This document shows positions 30,898 through 41,600 of a stretch of DNA of 64,000 nucleotides, piece after piece. The position numbers were made by a program, and so were the translations under genes. The notes beneath the pieces were generated by a model that was not told the origin of the DNA, ran no database searches, and was given only the letters and a program-made list of their open reading frames with translations. How positions within the stretch are numbered: the first letter of the stretch is position 1; every line of letters begins with the position of its first letter. The stretch lies in NCBI GenBank assembly GCA_963666835.2, contig CAXXGO010000006.1, positions 1,248,001-1,312,000 on the forward strand, read 5' to 3'. This DNA comes from Phycisphaerae bacterium (GTDB lineage Bacteria; Planctomycetota; Phycisphaerae; UBA1845).

Positions 30898-31077
30898 CCG
30901 ATGATTCTCCGAAGATTGGCTCTATTGATGACCGACCCGGCTGCTTCCGCCGGATCGCCGTACCGTAGCCGCGCGACTCAGCTCGCTGCGGTCCGGATCC
31001 GCCTCAGACGGTATCGTATACGAATCCGGGCGGGCTGAAAACTTGCCGGACAAACCCGCCTTTACGCCCCGTGCAGG

Positions 31078-31118
31078 AAAAGAAGCCGGCCCGCCCCCTA
31101 CAAGAGAGGGCGGCCGGC
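31078..31118 (-). terminator. Rho-independent terminator
   Basis: gccggc(c)cgccc...gggcggccggc stem plus T-run on the minus strand. Confidence 0.65.
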
Positions 31119-31170
31119 GTCGTAACGAGTCACTGGACGGCCCCACGGCCGTCAGCTTGGTCCGGCGAGC

Positions 31171-34073
31171 CTACGGGCACGGGATCGGGCAGCCGGTCTC
31201 CGCGTAGGTCTGGCCTTGGAACGCGAGCACGTCGCGCTGGATATCCGTGAAGTTGATTACCGCGTTCGGTACACACGGATCGATATCCATCGCGGCGAAA
31301 GTGATGCCCGGGCTGAAATCACCCTTGAAGGCCATGACGATCAACTGGATGTCCGTGAAGTTCATCGTGTCGTTGCAGTCGACATCGCCCATAGGCAGGT
31401 CGTCCCGGAAGCGGCGGGTGAAGCATACGCCCCGCATTCTGCTACGACCTCGTAAGTGCTGCTCGGGACGATGTTCACATCGCGGAGGATGGTATTACCC
31501 CACTCACTCGGCAGGCGGATTACCGGCGTATCGACCAGTGAACCGTCCACGTCGATGAACTTGTCGAGGCAGCCCCAAGTCGGAGAGGTTACGTGCAGAG
31601 CCACCGGCGCCACCGAGCCCATCGGCTGCGGAGTAACAGTGAACGCCTTCGGTCCCTCAGTTACCATTAGCGGCTCGACCGGGATAGCCGTTCCCACGCA
31701 TTCGCCGTCAAGGCACGCATCATCGCCGGTGCAAATGTCCTCGTCGTCGCATTCCGTACCGTTGATCTCGTAGTTCACGTCGCACAGGCCCGCCCCGTCG
31801 CAGATGTCGTGCAGATCGCACTGATCCTCGTAAGGGTCGCCGCAGGCCGTCCCGTACGCCTCGAATCTGCTCTGGCAGACCCCGACGGCATCACAAGTAT
31901 CCGGGTGGTCGCATTCCGAGTCCGAAGGATCACCGCACGGGGTCAGTTCCGGGCGCGGCGGGTGGGCACAAAGCCCGGAATCACACTCGTCAAACGTGCA
32001 TTCGTTCCCTTCGTCCGTACAGGCGATTCCATCCGGCTTATAGTTGGTCTCGCAGGATCCGGCCCCGTCGCAGGCGTCCGGGGCGTCGCAATCCGGGTCA
32101 TCAGGCACCGGGTTTCCACACGATGTACCCTCCGGGGCGTCCGACCAGGTGAAGGTGGACAGTTCCGGGATACACATCTCGCAATCATTACCGGGATTGC
32201 GATCGCCGTCCGCGTAGCAAACCGTGCCGATCACACAATCGTTGACCGTATCCACGTTGAGCACCACATCGCCCACGTTCTCTTCGAAACCGGCGACCCG
32301 GATGAAGTAGTCTTCCCCGGCGACGGTGGTCAGAGTCAACGCCGCCTGGAGATCGATTCCGCTGTCATCGTCGCAAGCGATCTCCGCACCGTAGCACTCG
32401 TCGTATACACTCAGGACCGGGTCGTTCGACGGGGCCATGGATGTGCCCGTCGTGCTGATGAACACGTCACCGCTGCAACTTGCGATGTACACGAACCAGA
32501 TGTCATGGTTCGAGTCCGGCTGACACGAAGCTTCCACCGAGTCCTCCCCCGCGCTGGCGTTCTGGCTGGTCATGGACCCTTCCACGGCCGGGATGGCATT
32601 CTCGCAGTTGTCGTTGCACTCGGGGTTATAGATTCCGACGCAGACACCGTATTCGTCGCACGCATCATCATCGGTACAAGGGTCACCGTCGTTGCAGAGG
32701 CTGCCTGTAGGCCTCTGAGACCAATCCTCGGTCGAGAGCCCCGGATTACACTCCTGGCAGTCGTCACTGGGGTTGAGGTCGTTAGTGGCGCGGCAGGTGT
32801 CGTCGATCAGGCAGTACCCGGCATCGAGCGTGCTCTCACAGATGTCGTCTACTTCGTTGCACGTGTCCGTCGTACACGGCAATCCGTCGGTGCAATCGCG
32901 ATCGACGCCTCCACTGCAAACACCGTCGAGACAAGCCTCGTCGACATTGCAATATTCCCCGTCGTCGCACTCGGTTCCGTTGATCTCGAAGTTATCCTGG
33001 CACGATCCGGCCCCATCGCAGGTGTCGGGGTTGTCGCAGTCCGTGTCTTCCGAACTGCCACATGGTTCGCCCGCCGCGATCAGGTTGTCCATGCACAAGC
33101 CCGCCCCGTCGCAGATGTCCGCACCGTTGCACTCGTTCACGGTCGGATCGCCGCACGGCTCGCCGTAGTCCTCCAGGTTCTCGTCGCAGTTGCCCGCTCC
33201 GTCGCACGTATCGGCGTGGTCGCACTCGCTCTCCGTTGAGTCGCCGCAAGCCGTTCCCGAAGGAAGCGCCGGGTGGGTGACCGCCCCGGTATCCGGGTCA
33301 CAGACGTCCTCGGTGCATTCTTCCCCATCGTCTATCGTCGTTAGCATTCCGGTGTCCGGGTTGCAGCAATAGACCTCGTCGTCGTAGTTAATCGTGTTTT
33401 CGCAGGTCTGACTGGGCAGGCATACGTCGTCCGTACAAGCGTTTCCATCATCGCAATCCTCGTTCGAGGCGCAGGCGATTGCGATGGTCGCCGACGTTTT
33501 GATCAGAGGCTCGATCAAATATCCGATCTCGTCGCGGATGAACGTGAAGCTGTCGCTTTCCACAAAGTCGACCGTATAAACCCCCGCCGCTCCGGCCGGC
33601 ACGTAGATGACCAGCGTGCCGCTGTAATACTCAAGACCACCGTCGGCTTTCCCGCTGCCCATTACCACCGCTCCGTACTCATAATCCAGAGTAACGGTGG
33701 CGACTACCGGAATGCTGGTTACCCCATTGAACGTGTAGTCGGTACGCCCCGAGTCGATGTACGCTCCGTCACCGGGCGAGCTGGGCCAACCATCCGGAAC
33801 CAGCGGGTCCCCGTTCCCATTGTCGTATCCCGATGCGTTGATCGTGCCCTGGTACGCACCCAGGTTCGGTCCGTCCATCTCCGGGTCCCAACCGGATAGC
33901 CTGATTTCCAGAGTCACCAACTGGTCACCACCGACCAGAGTGATCGTGTTGCCGTCAATGGTGTAGTCCCCGGTCGCGCTCACCGGTACCCATTGTATAT
34001 CCGCGCCTTGCGCGAATACCGTCAACACCGCCGTTAGACCACATCCCAATAACCATCCTCTCGCGGTCATCAT
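31171..34073 (-). CDS. Large secreted Cys-rich protein: cohesin-like N-domain, CDDG..CT.D.C repeats, PPC-like domain, X-module + dockerin-like tail; frameshift near 31389
   Basis: SD GGAGG; restoring one G gives ...TTCLWGDVDCNDTMNFTDIQ...DIDPCVPNAVINFTDIQ. Confidence 0.82.
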
Positions 34074-34537
34074 CGTTCCATCCTCCAAATTGCCCACGGA
34101 CTACCATATCGGCGCCGCGAAGTCTCGGTCTATTTCCGAACCACCTTCACGTCTAATGCGGTCACACTTCCCCTCAACAGACGTTACCGCGAGGCACCAA
34201 AAGCCCTCGCAGCGGGCGGACGCGGCCTCAGTCATCGGGCCGCAAAGTGCAGGCACAAGCGAGATAGGTGGACACTCGGGGAGAGATGAAGCGTACACGC
34301 CATCGCGATGCACCCTACCGCAGTTGCCACCCATGCCCGGCCTCCCGGCTGGGTGGTCGAACTCAGCGAACACAACCCGTCCTATATAGTCTCGCGTAGT
34401 CCGCCGAAAAATGCAAGGGGTAACCCGTTTTTAGCTCCGGGACGAAAAAAGCCAAGCCCCGGCGCAAGACACAGGGGAGGAGCGAATGTGTCCGCTCCTC
34501 CCCCGTGATAACCGTGCCTCTTAAGGTGGTGTCCCTA

Positions 34538-37261
34538 TTACGGACAGCTAATCGGGTCAGAGAATGGATAAGGCTGTCCCTCGAACCCTTGCACGCACCG
34601 CATGATATCCGTCATGTTGAGAATCAGATTGGGTATTTCCGGGTCCAAATCGGCTCTCTTGATGTCCGGGGCGGTGGGGCTGGCTTGGAATTTCTGGACC
34701 ATGGCCATTATGTCGTCCATGCTGACCAAGCCGTTTGGGGGTCCCCAGCCCGACCCGTCGAATGGGCCCACGATGTCCGCCCAGAACTTAGGCACAGGCT
34801 GGTCGGCAGTGGCAACCGGGATCGGATCGCCGAAGACCACGCCATCGGTGGTGCCGGATATCTCATAGTTTGTTGCTGGGGCGATCTCGCAATCGGCAAC
34901 GTGGATCATCGCCTCACTCCACACCCGGAAGAGCGGCACGCTGGAGACCCGCGAGATACTGTCACCGTTGGGTTCATCGATCCAGCCCACGACCCCCGAT
35001 GAGCCCGGGAAGAGCGTGCTGGAAATCATCTCCAACTGAAGAGCGACCGCTCCGGGCTCTTCGGGAATGAAGGACACGTACCGGCTCTTCAAGGCGCCTG
35101 TGGTCACAGACAGCGTGACACTGGGGGAGATTCGGAACGGGATCAGGTACGAACCGGAGTCACGGAGGAACGTGCTCGCGGGGTCGTCCACGAGCGCGAC
35201 TTCGAACGTGCTGCCCGGGGTTGCGTCCGGTGAGACCGTCAACGTGTAATCCCCGAGGTACTTGCGATCGGCCCCGACGTCGACGCTGTCGCTCATACTG
35301 ATCGCCACGATCTCTAAGAACTCGCAGCCTGCGACGGGGAGCGACGAGACCGACTGAAACACATAATCCGCCCTGGTTTCATCGACCTGGACTCCCTCAG
35401 GGCAATCGACGTACAGCGTGCCGGAACCGCTCGTTCGCGTGATGACGAGCGTCGCCTGATAGGCCATCAGGTCGTCAATCTCCTCAAGGTATACCGTGAA
35501 TTTCGTACTGCCGGCGGGGGCGACCCCCGTGGCGGCAGCTTCCAGCGTCATCACGCCATCCACCGGTTCGCATGCCGGATCCGGCGGGCAAACCGTGCCG
35601 GCCGGCCTGGCGATTCCCGGGTACAGCAGGCACTCGTCGGACGTTACCTCCACGCAGGAACCATCGGCGAGGCAGCAGGCTCCGGTGGCCAGTTCCGAGA
35701 GGGCCGCATACGCGTTGACAAGCCCCCAACCGTATTCCGTGTCGTAGCCGGTGTCGCCCAGATCCGTACACGTCTCCTCCATAAGGTCTTCGACCTCGTC
35801 CGGAGTCAGGGAATCATCTACGGAGAGAATCAGCGCCGCTACGCCCGCTGCGTACGGAGAGGCAAACGAGGTCCCATCGACCCAATCGTAATCTGACGCG
35901 ACCTCGCCGTCCGTGCCGGTGCGATCGGTTGTGCCGACGGATACGCCCGGAGCTGAGAACGCCAGTCCCGGACCCCAGTTGCTGAACGACGCCCGGTTAC
36001 CGTGCCGGTTCACCGCTCCAACAGCGACGACGGTCGGCAGGTTGGCCGGGTACGAGGGCGAGTTGTCGCTTTCGTTTCCCGACGCCGCGAAGTGGACTAC
36101 CCCGGCGTCCCGCGTCGTTTCGTACTTCGTCGTCACCGTACTCGACGAATCGAAGCCGTTACTGTTGTTAGTGACTCGCGCCCCGCTGGTTTGCGACCAG
36201 TTGATTGCGCTGACCAGCCAACTGATCAAGAACGAGCCGGCCCCGTCACATGGCGTGTTGGCTACGGAGTACTTGGCGGCCTTAACCTTGCAGCCGGGGG
36301 CCGAACCGACCACTCCGATGCTGTTGTTGATCACGGCCGATACGCAGCCGGCCACCGCCGTGCCATGGTTGTCGCACTCGTTGTGCGGTCCGCCGTCGGT
36401 GCCGTGCCCGGTGAAATCCCAGCCGGTGACTTGGTTGAGGTCGGGGTGGTCTTGCTGGATGCCGTCGTCCAGAATGAGCACCTCTATTGACGGGTCGCCC
36501 GTTGTGACGTCCCATGCCTCGACGGCATCCATGTCCATGTCCGCAGTGCCGCCGCTTTGTCCGGTGTTGTGCAGCCCCCACAGCGTGTTGAAGTAGTTGT
36601 CGTTGGGGATCAACATCCGTCGGGCGGTCATCATCATGTCGGATTCGGCGAACTTAATCTCGGGCTGCGTCGCCAGAGTATTGGCGAGCGACAGGACCTC
36701 GAAACCATTGCGAGAATTCACCGTCATACGATAGACGCCCGGCATGTTGCTGAAGTCGCGGTCTTTGATCACCCCGTCGACCCAGCTTTCCAGAAATGCC
36801 TCGGCTTGCTTCGGAGGAACGTCCTCAACGAAACCGATGAGCAAGTCCGGAGTAATAATGAGGGGGTCGCCGTGGCTGTCCTCAAAAACCGGAGATACGA
36901 AGTCGATAGCCGGATTACCCGCCAAGGTCGCCACCGCCGCTTCGATGCCTGATGCGGTCCGGTGTCCGTTCGGGACCGTCGCCCGCGACCAATTGTTCAC
37001 GGCCATCCGTCGCGTGTCCTCGAGCGCGATTCCTGCAGTTCGTAACGCAGCTTCCGGACCGGCGTCCTCTAACGGACTGTCGTTACGGATAGCCACCTCC
37101 GAGGTGTTCAGGCCCAGGTGGACCTGTTGCTTGAAGTAAGAATAGTAGTAGTCCGGCGGCGCGTCGCCTTGGGCGGGCACAACGGATGCCATTACGGCTA
37201 CGATAAGTACCGAAGCGCCCAGCGCTCCGACGATGCGGCACTCAACAGAACGATGCTTCAT
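34538..37261 (-). CDS. S8 (subtilisin-like) serine protease with cohesin-like domain and X-module + dockerin-like tail
   Basis: Catalytic ILDDG, HGTAVAG, GTSFASP and oxyanion ASGN; prodomain; C-terminal extension homologous to neighbours. Confidence 0.93.
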   Translation of the reverse strand: MKHRSVECRIVGALGASVLIVAVMASVVPAQGDAPPDYYYSYFKQQVHLGLNTSEVAIRNDSPLEDAGPEAALRTAGIALEDTRRMAVNNWSRATVPNGHRTASGIEAAVATLAGNPAIDFVSPVFEDSHGDPLIITPDLLIGFVEDVPPKQAEAFLESWVDGVIKDRDFSNMPGVYRMTVNSRNGFEVLSLANTLATQPEIKFAESDMMMTARRMLIPNDNYFNTLWGLHNTGQSGGTADMDMDAVEAWDVTTGDPSIEVLILDDGIQQDHPDLNQVTGWDFTGHGTDGGPHNECDNHGTAVAGCVSAVINNSIGVVGSAPGCKVKAAKYSVANTPCDGAGSFLISWLVSAINWSQTSGARVTNNSNGFDSSSTVTTKYETTRDAGVVHFAASGNESDNSPSYPANLPTVVAVGAVNRHGNRASFSNWGPGLAFSAPGVSVGTTDRTGTDGEVASDYDWVDGTSFASPYAAGVAALILSVDDSLTPDEVEDLMEETCTDLGDTGYDTEYGWGLVNAYAALSELATGACCLADGSCVEVTSDECLLYPGIARPAGTVCPPDPACEPVDGVMTLEAAATGVAPAGSTKFTVYLEEIDDLMAYQATLVITRTSGSGTLYVDCPEGVQVDETRADYVFQSVSSLPVAGCEFLEIVAISMSDSVDVGADRKYLGDYTLTVSPDATPGSTFEVALVDDPASTFLRDSGSYLIPFRISPSVTLSVTTGALKSRYVSFIPEEPGAVALQLEMISSTLFPGSSGVVGWIDEPNGDSISRVSSVPLFRVWSEAMIHVADCEIAPATNYEISGTTDGVVFGDPIPVATADQPVPKFWADIVGPFDGSGWGPPNGLVSMDDIMAMVQKFQASPTAPDIKRADLDPEIPNLILNMTDIMRCVQGFEGQPYPFSDPISCP

Positions 37262-37741
37262 TGGTCTCCTCCCTAACTCCCTCGACACCAATAAGGTAGT
37301 ATACAGGCATTTTCGTCCTTATGTGTCGTTTTTTGAAAGTTCTCCTCGGACTCTGCCGTCCGGCGAATCCTCGTGCCGGTACCGACCGGGCGGGGGCGTT
37401 ACGATCAACTGCAGCCTTCGGCGGTCGTTCTCGGCCTGAGCTGCTTGGATTACGCCATCCTTTCCACTTAGTTGTGAAGCCATACTCTGTAAAGTAGTCT
37501 GACGACGGGCTAAGGTGGGACGGACCCAAGCTCGCTGAAACAGGGCATAAGTAGCGAGCTGCGGAGTGATTCCACCAGGGCGAACCCTGCCTGGGCTCCT
37601 TAGGGGCCTTTCATTGCCGATAACCTCCCGCCACCGTCTGTTATAGCGCACTTATCCCTCTCAACATGCGTTCCACCTGAAGTCCACTCCGCGTATTAGG
37701 AGAAAACGGGCACTCTGGCGCCCTAATGTCAAAGGAGGGAT

Positions 37742-37802
37742 CATAGCGCAGGCTTCCAGCCTGCCCGAGGCGCTGCAGGCGTAACGCAGGCTTCCAGCCT
37801 GC
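37742..37802. repeat. Two copies of a REP-like palindrome (gtagcgcaggcttccagcctgc family)
   Basis: gcaggcttccagcctgc occurs twice here and again at about 46632. Confidence 0.65.
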
Positions 37803-38334
37803 TTCCGCCACTGCGCCGGCTGTAAGGAGGGAATCCCGGCATAGACGTTCGGCTTGGGCTACCAGTACTGCTTCGGTGTCCAACCCGGGGATACCAGTAG
37901 TGAGGAGTCTCCGCGCGGCCTGGGCGAAGCCGAGACCGCGCGGGTCTGCCGGTGTTCAGGCTCGACCGGACGGGGTTCTCCCGCGAAAAACCGGCGGTGA
38001 AATGCTCAGCGACGGGCGTGAGCCTGAATCTGAGCTGCCAGCCTTGTGAACGGCCCCGGGGTAAAGTCCGGGTGTCGTTTGGGGGGCGATCTCCTGGGGG
38101 TCTGGGAGTCGTTTTCGCCCTCTGGAGCGGTTGTTGGTTGCAGTGTAAATGGACGATTGGCCGAATATCGTGTAGTTTTGGCCCGTTTTCGAGGGTTATT
38201 GTGGTGTTGCTGGCGTCCGTTGGTTTTCCCGGCCGTTCTCAGCATGAAACATAGAGGGTGGCGTGAGGTGGCAGCTTCGGGGAGGTAACGTGGAGAATCT
38301 CGATTATCGGCGTGGATCTCAACATAGAAAACTC

Positions 38335-38364
38335 TTGACATCGCTGGGTCGGATTGTGTACTAT
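38335..38364 (+). promoter_or_regulatory. Sigma70-like promoter
   Basis: TTGACA-N18-TACTAT about 310 nt upstream of the ATG at 38675. Confidence 0.6.
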
Positions 38365-38674
38365 CGGCCTTCGAGCGGAAAATCGGCTGCGGGACAAGTG
38401 CCGACGCCGGTTCGTGTTTCGCCGTCGTGATGATTGTTGCTACGCCGTTGTGGGGCCATTTCGAAACCACAGGAGGGTGAAACTGGCTATCTCGAAAACA
38501 GAACGATGAGAGGCGTTGTTGTGCTGTTGGGCTCAGGCGCTTGTGCCTGCGCGCGGCGGCGTGGGTTGTGTTAATTTACAGGAAGGGGCATGTTCGTGGC
38601 ACCCTTGGCGGGAGTTCATAGGGTGTTTCATCGAGCACGGTCGTTGTTTTCAGAGTCTATGGAGGTGCGGGTCT

Positions 38675-41600
38675 ATGAAGGGTAAGGGTTATCTCAAATG
38701 GCGTCCCGTTTTGGCGGCTCTCGCCGTAGGCATGATCGCCTATGGTTTGAGCTTGCATGGAGCGCCGGCAGGCCAGGAGCCGAGTGGCGACCTGGGGGGA
38801 AACGACGTGGTGGTCAACGTTGGGGGAGTACCTGACGCCGGTTCCGCGATGTCTCGGTCTGAAACGATGATGGCCGCTCCGCGCGAGGAATTCCGCGTGC
38901 GCGAGGCGATCATGATCTCGGCCGAGCCCGCGGGTGGCGCGAGTGCGTTGGCACGGGGCACTACTCCGGTAGGCGGTGCCTGCGATTGCGATGCCGAGTG
39001 CGTCGAGCCTGGTGCGGACGAGTGCCTTGTGGCCGCCTGCATCAACGGCGTTTGTGCGCATAGGCCTCAGCTCGTTGGTAACCCCTGCGATCTGGACGGC
39101 CTCTATTGCACCCGCGATGAGTGCATGCTCAGCGGCGAAGACGTCGTCTGCGTTGCCAAGAGCGACGGTGCGGGTGGCGCGTTGAGCCCCTGCGCGAAGA
39201 CGTGCGTCGGTGGCGACAATGCCGGCAACTGGTGCTACGAAGCCGAAGATTGCCCGGCGGGTTCGTGTATGCCGCGTTCGTCCGGTGGGGCAACGGCGGT
39301 CTGCAACGAGACCGAGGATTGGTGCGAGCTTTCGACCGGTATGGGTCGTTGCTGCAACGGCCTGACGTGTTCGCTCGCGACCGAGGCTTCTTGTACCGGT
39401 GGTGGCGGCAAGTGGTTGCGGATCGGCAACCCGGACGATCTGGGCCATTGCTGGTGCCCGGAGTACGGCAGTGGTATTGCTCCCCGCGGTGACGAGACCG
39501 ATGAAGTTGCTGAGGTCATCGGCACGTACAAGATTTGCACGTACACCGAGGACGCTTGCTACGTCGATAACGATTGCCGCAAAGTGTGCGACGACGGCAA
39601 CTACGCGATTTGCGACGACAACGACGATTGCGATGCGGGTATTTCTTGCATCGCGAACCCCTGCGTCGCGGATGTTGACCAGTGCCAGGACGGTTATCTC
39701 ACCATCGGTGACGATTACTCGTTGGAGAGTGGCAAGGCCATGCGTCTGAACGAGTTCCGCTTCCGTGGCGGTGCTCAGGACATTGGCGAGGCGATGTTGT
39801 TCATGTTCTTCGATGCGAACGGGCTCTTCGTGGATTCGTTCTCGGCTACGATGGGGCTTCCGGGCATCCACTACTACGGCTACGGAATTGACTGCTATCC
39901 GGACTGCGACATCAATCCGGACAATGGGGATTCGCCCGAGAATCCGCCGTTCGTCATTCCGGCCGAAGGTTTTGTGGTAATGCGTGGATACGTCGATTCC
40001 ACCGACCACGAGACCACGACTTCCGCCACCTGGGCGTCGACGGATGCCGTCGACATCGGTCTGAACGACGCTGCCGAGATGTGGTGGGACATCGGGGCCG
40101 GCGAGGTCATCGGTGACTTCCCCGACTTGGCAACCGACATTCTGGCGTTCGAGCTGGTCGGCCAGGTGATCGATTCCGGGATTCAGCCGGAAGGTGCTTG
40201 CTGTACGGTCGAAGGCGCTGTGGGTGTCTGCAACAACACCTACATGTGGGAGTGTGGTATCTGCGCAGAGCACCCCGACGCGGCGTGTAGCTGGTACCGC
40301 GATTGCCCGCCGGGCGACTATTGCACGTTTAAGAACTGGTTCGGTCCGACCTCGCACGACGATCTCGTCGGTGGCGTGACCGAAGACTGCGCGACCTTCA
40401 CCGGTTGCACCGTTGGCGCTTGCTGTGCCGCGGATGGCAGTTGCACGCCGGACACCACGCCGGGCGATTGCGACACTGCCGGTGGTACGTTCCTCGGCTT
40501 TGCTACGAGTTGTGAGCCGAACTGCTGCCCGCCGCCGGATACCGAGACGGGTGCGGACGCGGCCTGCGACGTCTGGCAGTGCCACGACGGAACCGATTGG
40601 GTCGATCCGTACGACATGTGCGGTGCGAGCGATCCGGATGATCCGGACTGCGATACCGGTGCGGGCGAGACCTGCATGCTTCGCGCAAGCGGTCCGACGG
40701 AGTACACGATCAACATCCCGGCGTTCGGCGCTGCCCCCAACACATTCACCTTCATGGGTGATGCCAGTGGGCACGATCCGTACTTCACGGAAGTTGACGG
40801 CGACGACTGTAACCTCGGTGGTGAGGTCGACGACGGCTGGTACGAGGCCTTCGTGGTTGTCAACAATGACGCCGACGAGTTCGACTGTGCCATCGTTACG
40901 ATCGACTTCTGCTGCACCGATCCGATTCAGACCCCGGTCTACATCGTTATGAAGGACTGCTGCCCGTGTCCGGGTGGCATCTGCTGGGTCACTCTGGATC
41001 AGAATCCGGACGGCACGACGAAGTCCGGTTGGGGTCCTGACTGCGACGTAGAGGTCGACGGCGTCGACCACTGCTGCCAGGATGACAACTTCACCGGCCA
41101 GTTCATGGTTCCCTCCGGTCGGTACAGTTGGCAGATCCCGTCGGGTATGGTTTGCGACGATACGACCTACGATTGCCAGGACGACGATGATTGTCAGCCG
41201 GGCGTTCCGTGCGTGAGCACGGCCGGCCCGTACACCGGTCACGTCACGGTCGAGGAATGCCCGCGGGCGGCTTGCTGCCTGAACCTGTGCGTCGGTGGTA
41301 CGAACGATGGTGAGTATTGTGAGGACGATGCGGGTTGCCCGGGCGGCGCCTGCAACAATGTTTGCGAGATCCGCACGAAGCTGACCTGTGAGGATCATGG
41401 CGGCGACTTCCTGAGCTTCGACACCGGCACGGTTGTAACGTGTGCGGCGAGCCCGTGTGCTACGGGTGCGTGCTGCACCGGTGCGGGTACCTGCGAAGAT
41501 GGTGCGGCCTACGATACCGAGGTCGAGTGCGAGGCTGCCGGCGGTGTGTACCATGGTTACGTGCAGTGCGACGAGCACGAGCCGTGCGATGTCTGCCCGT

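Noticed and set aside
37300..38670. Replication origin at the skew switch
   Set aside because: No convincing DnaA-box cluster, AT-rich unwinding element or dnaA/parAB genes.
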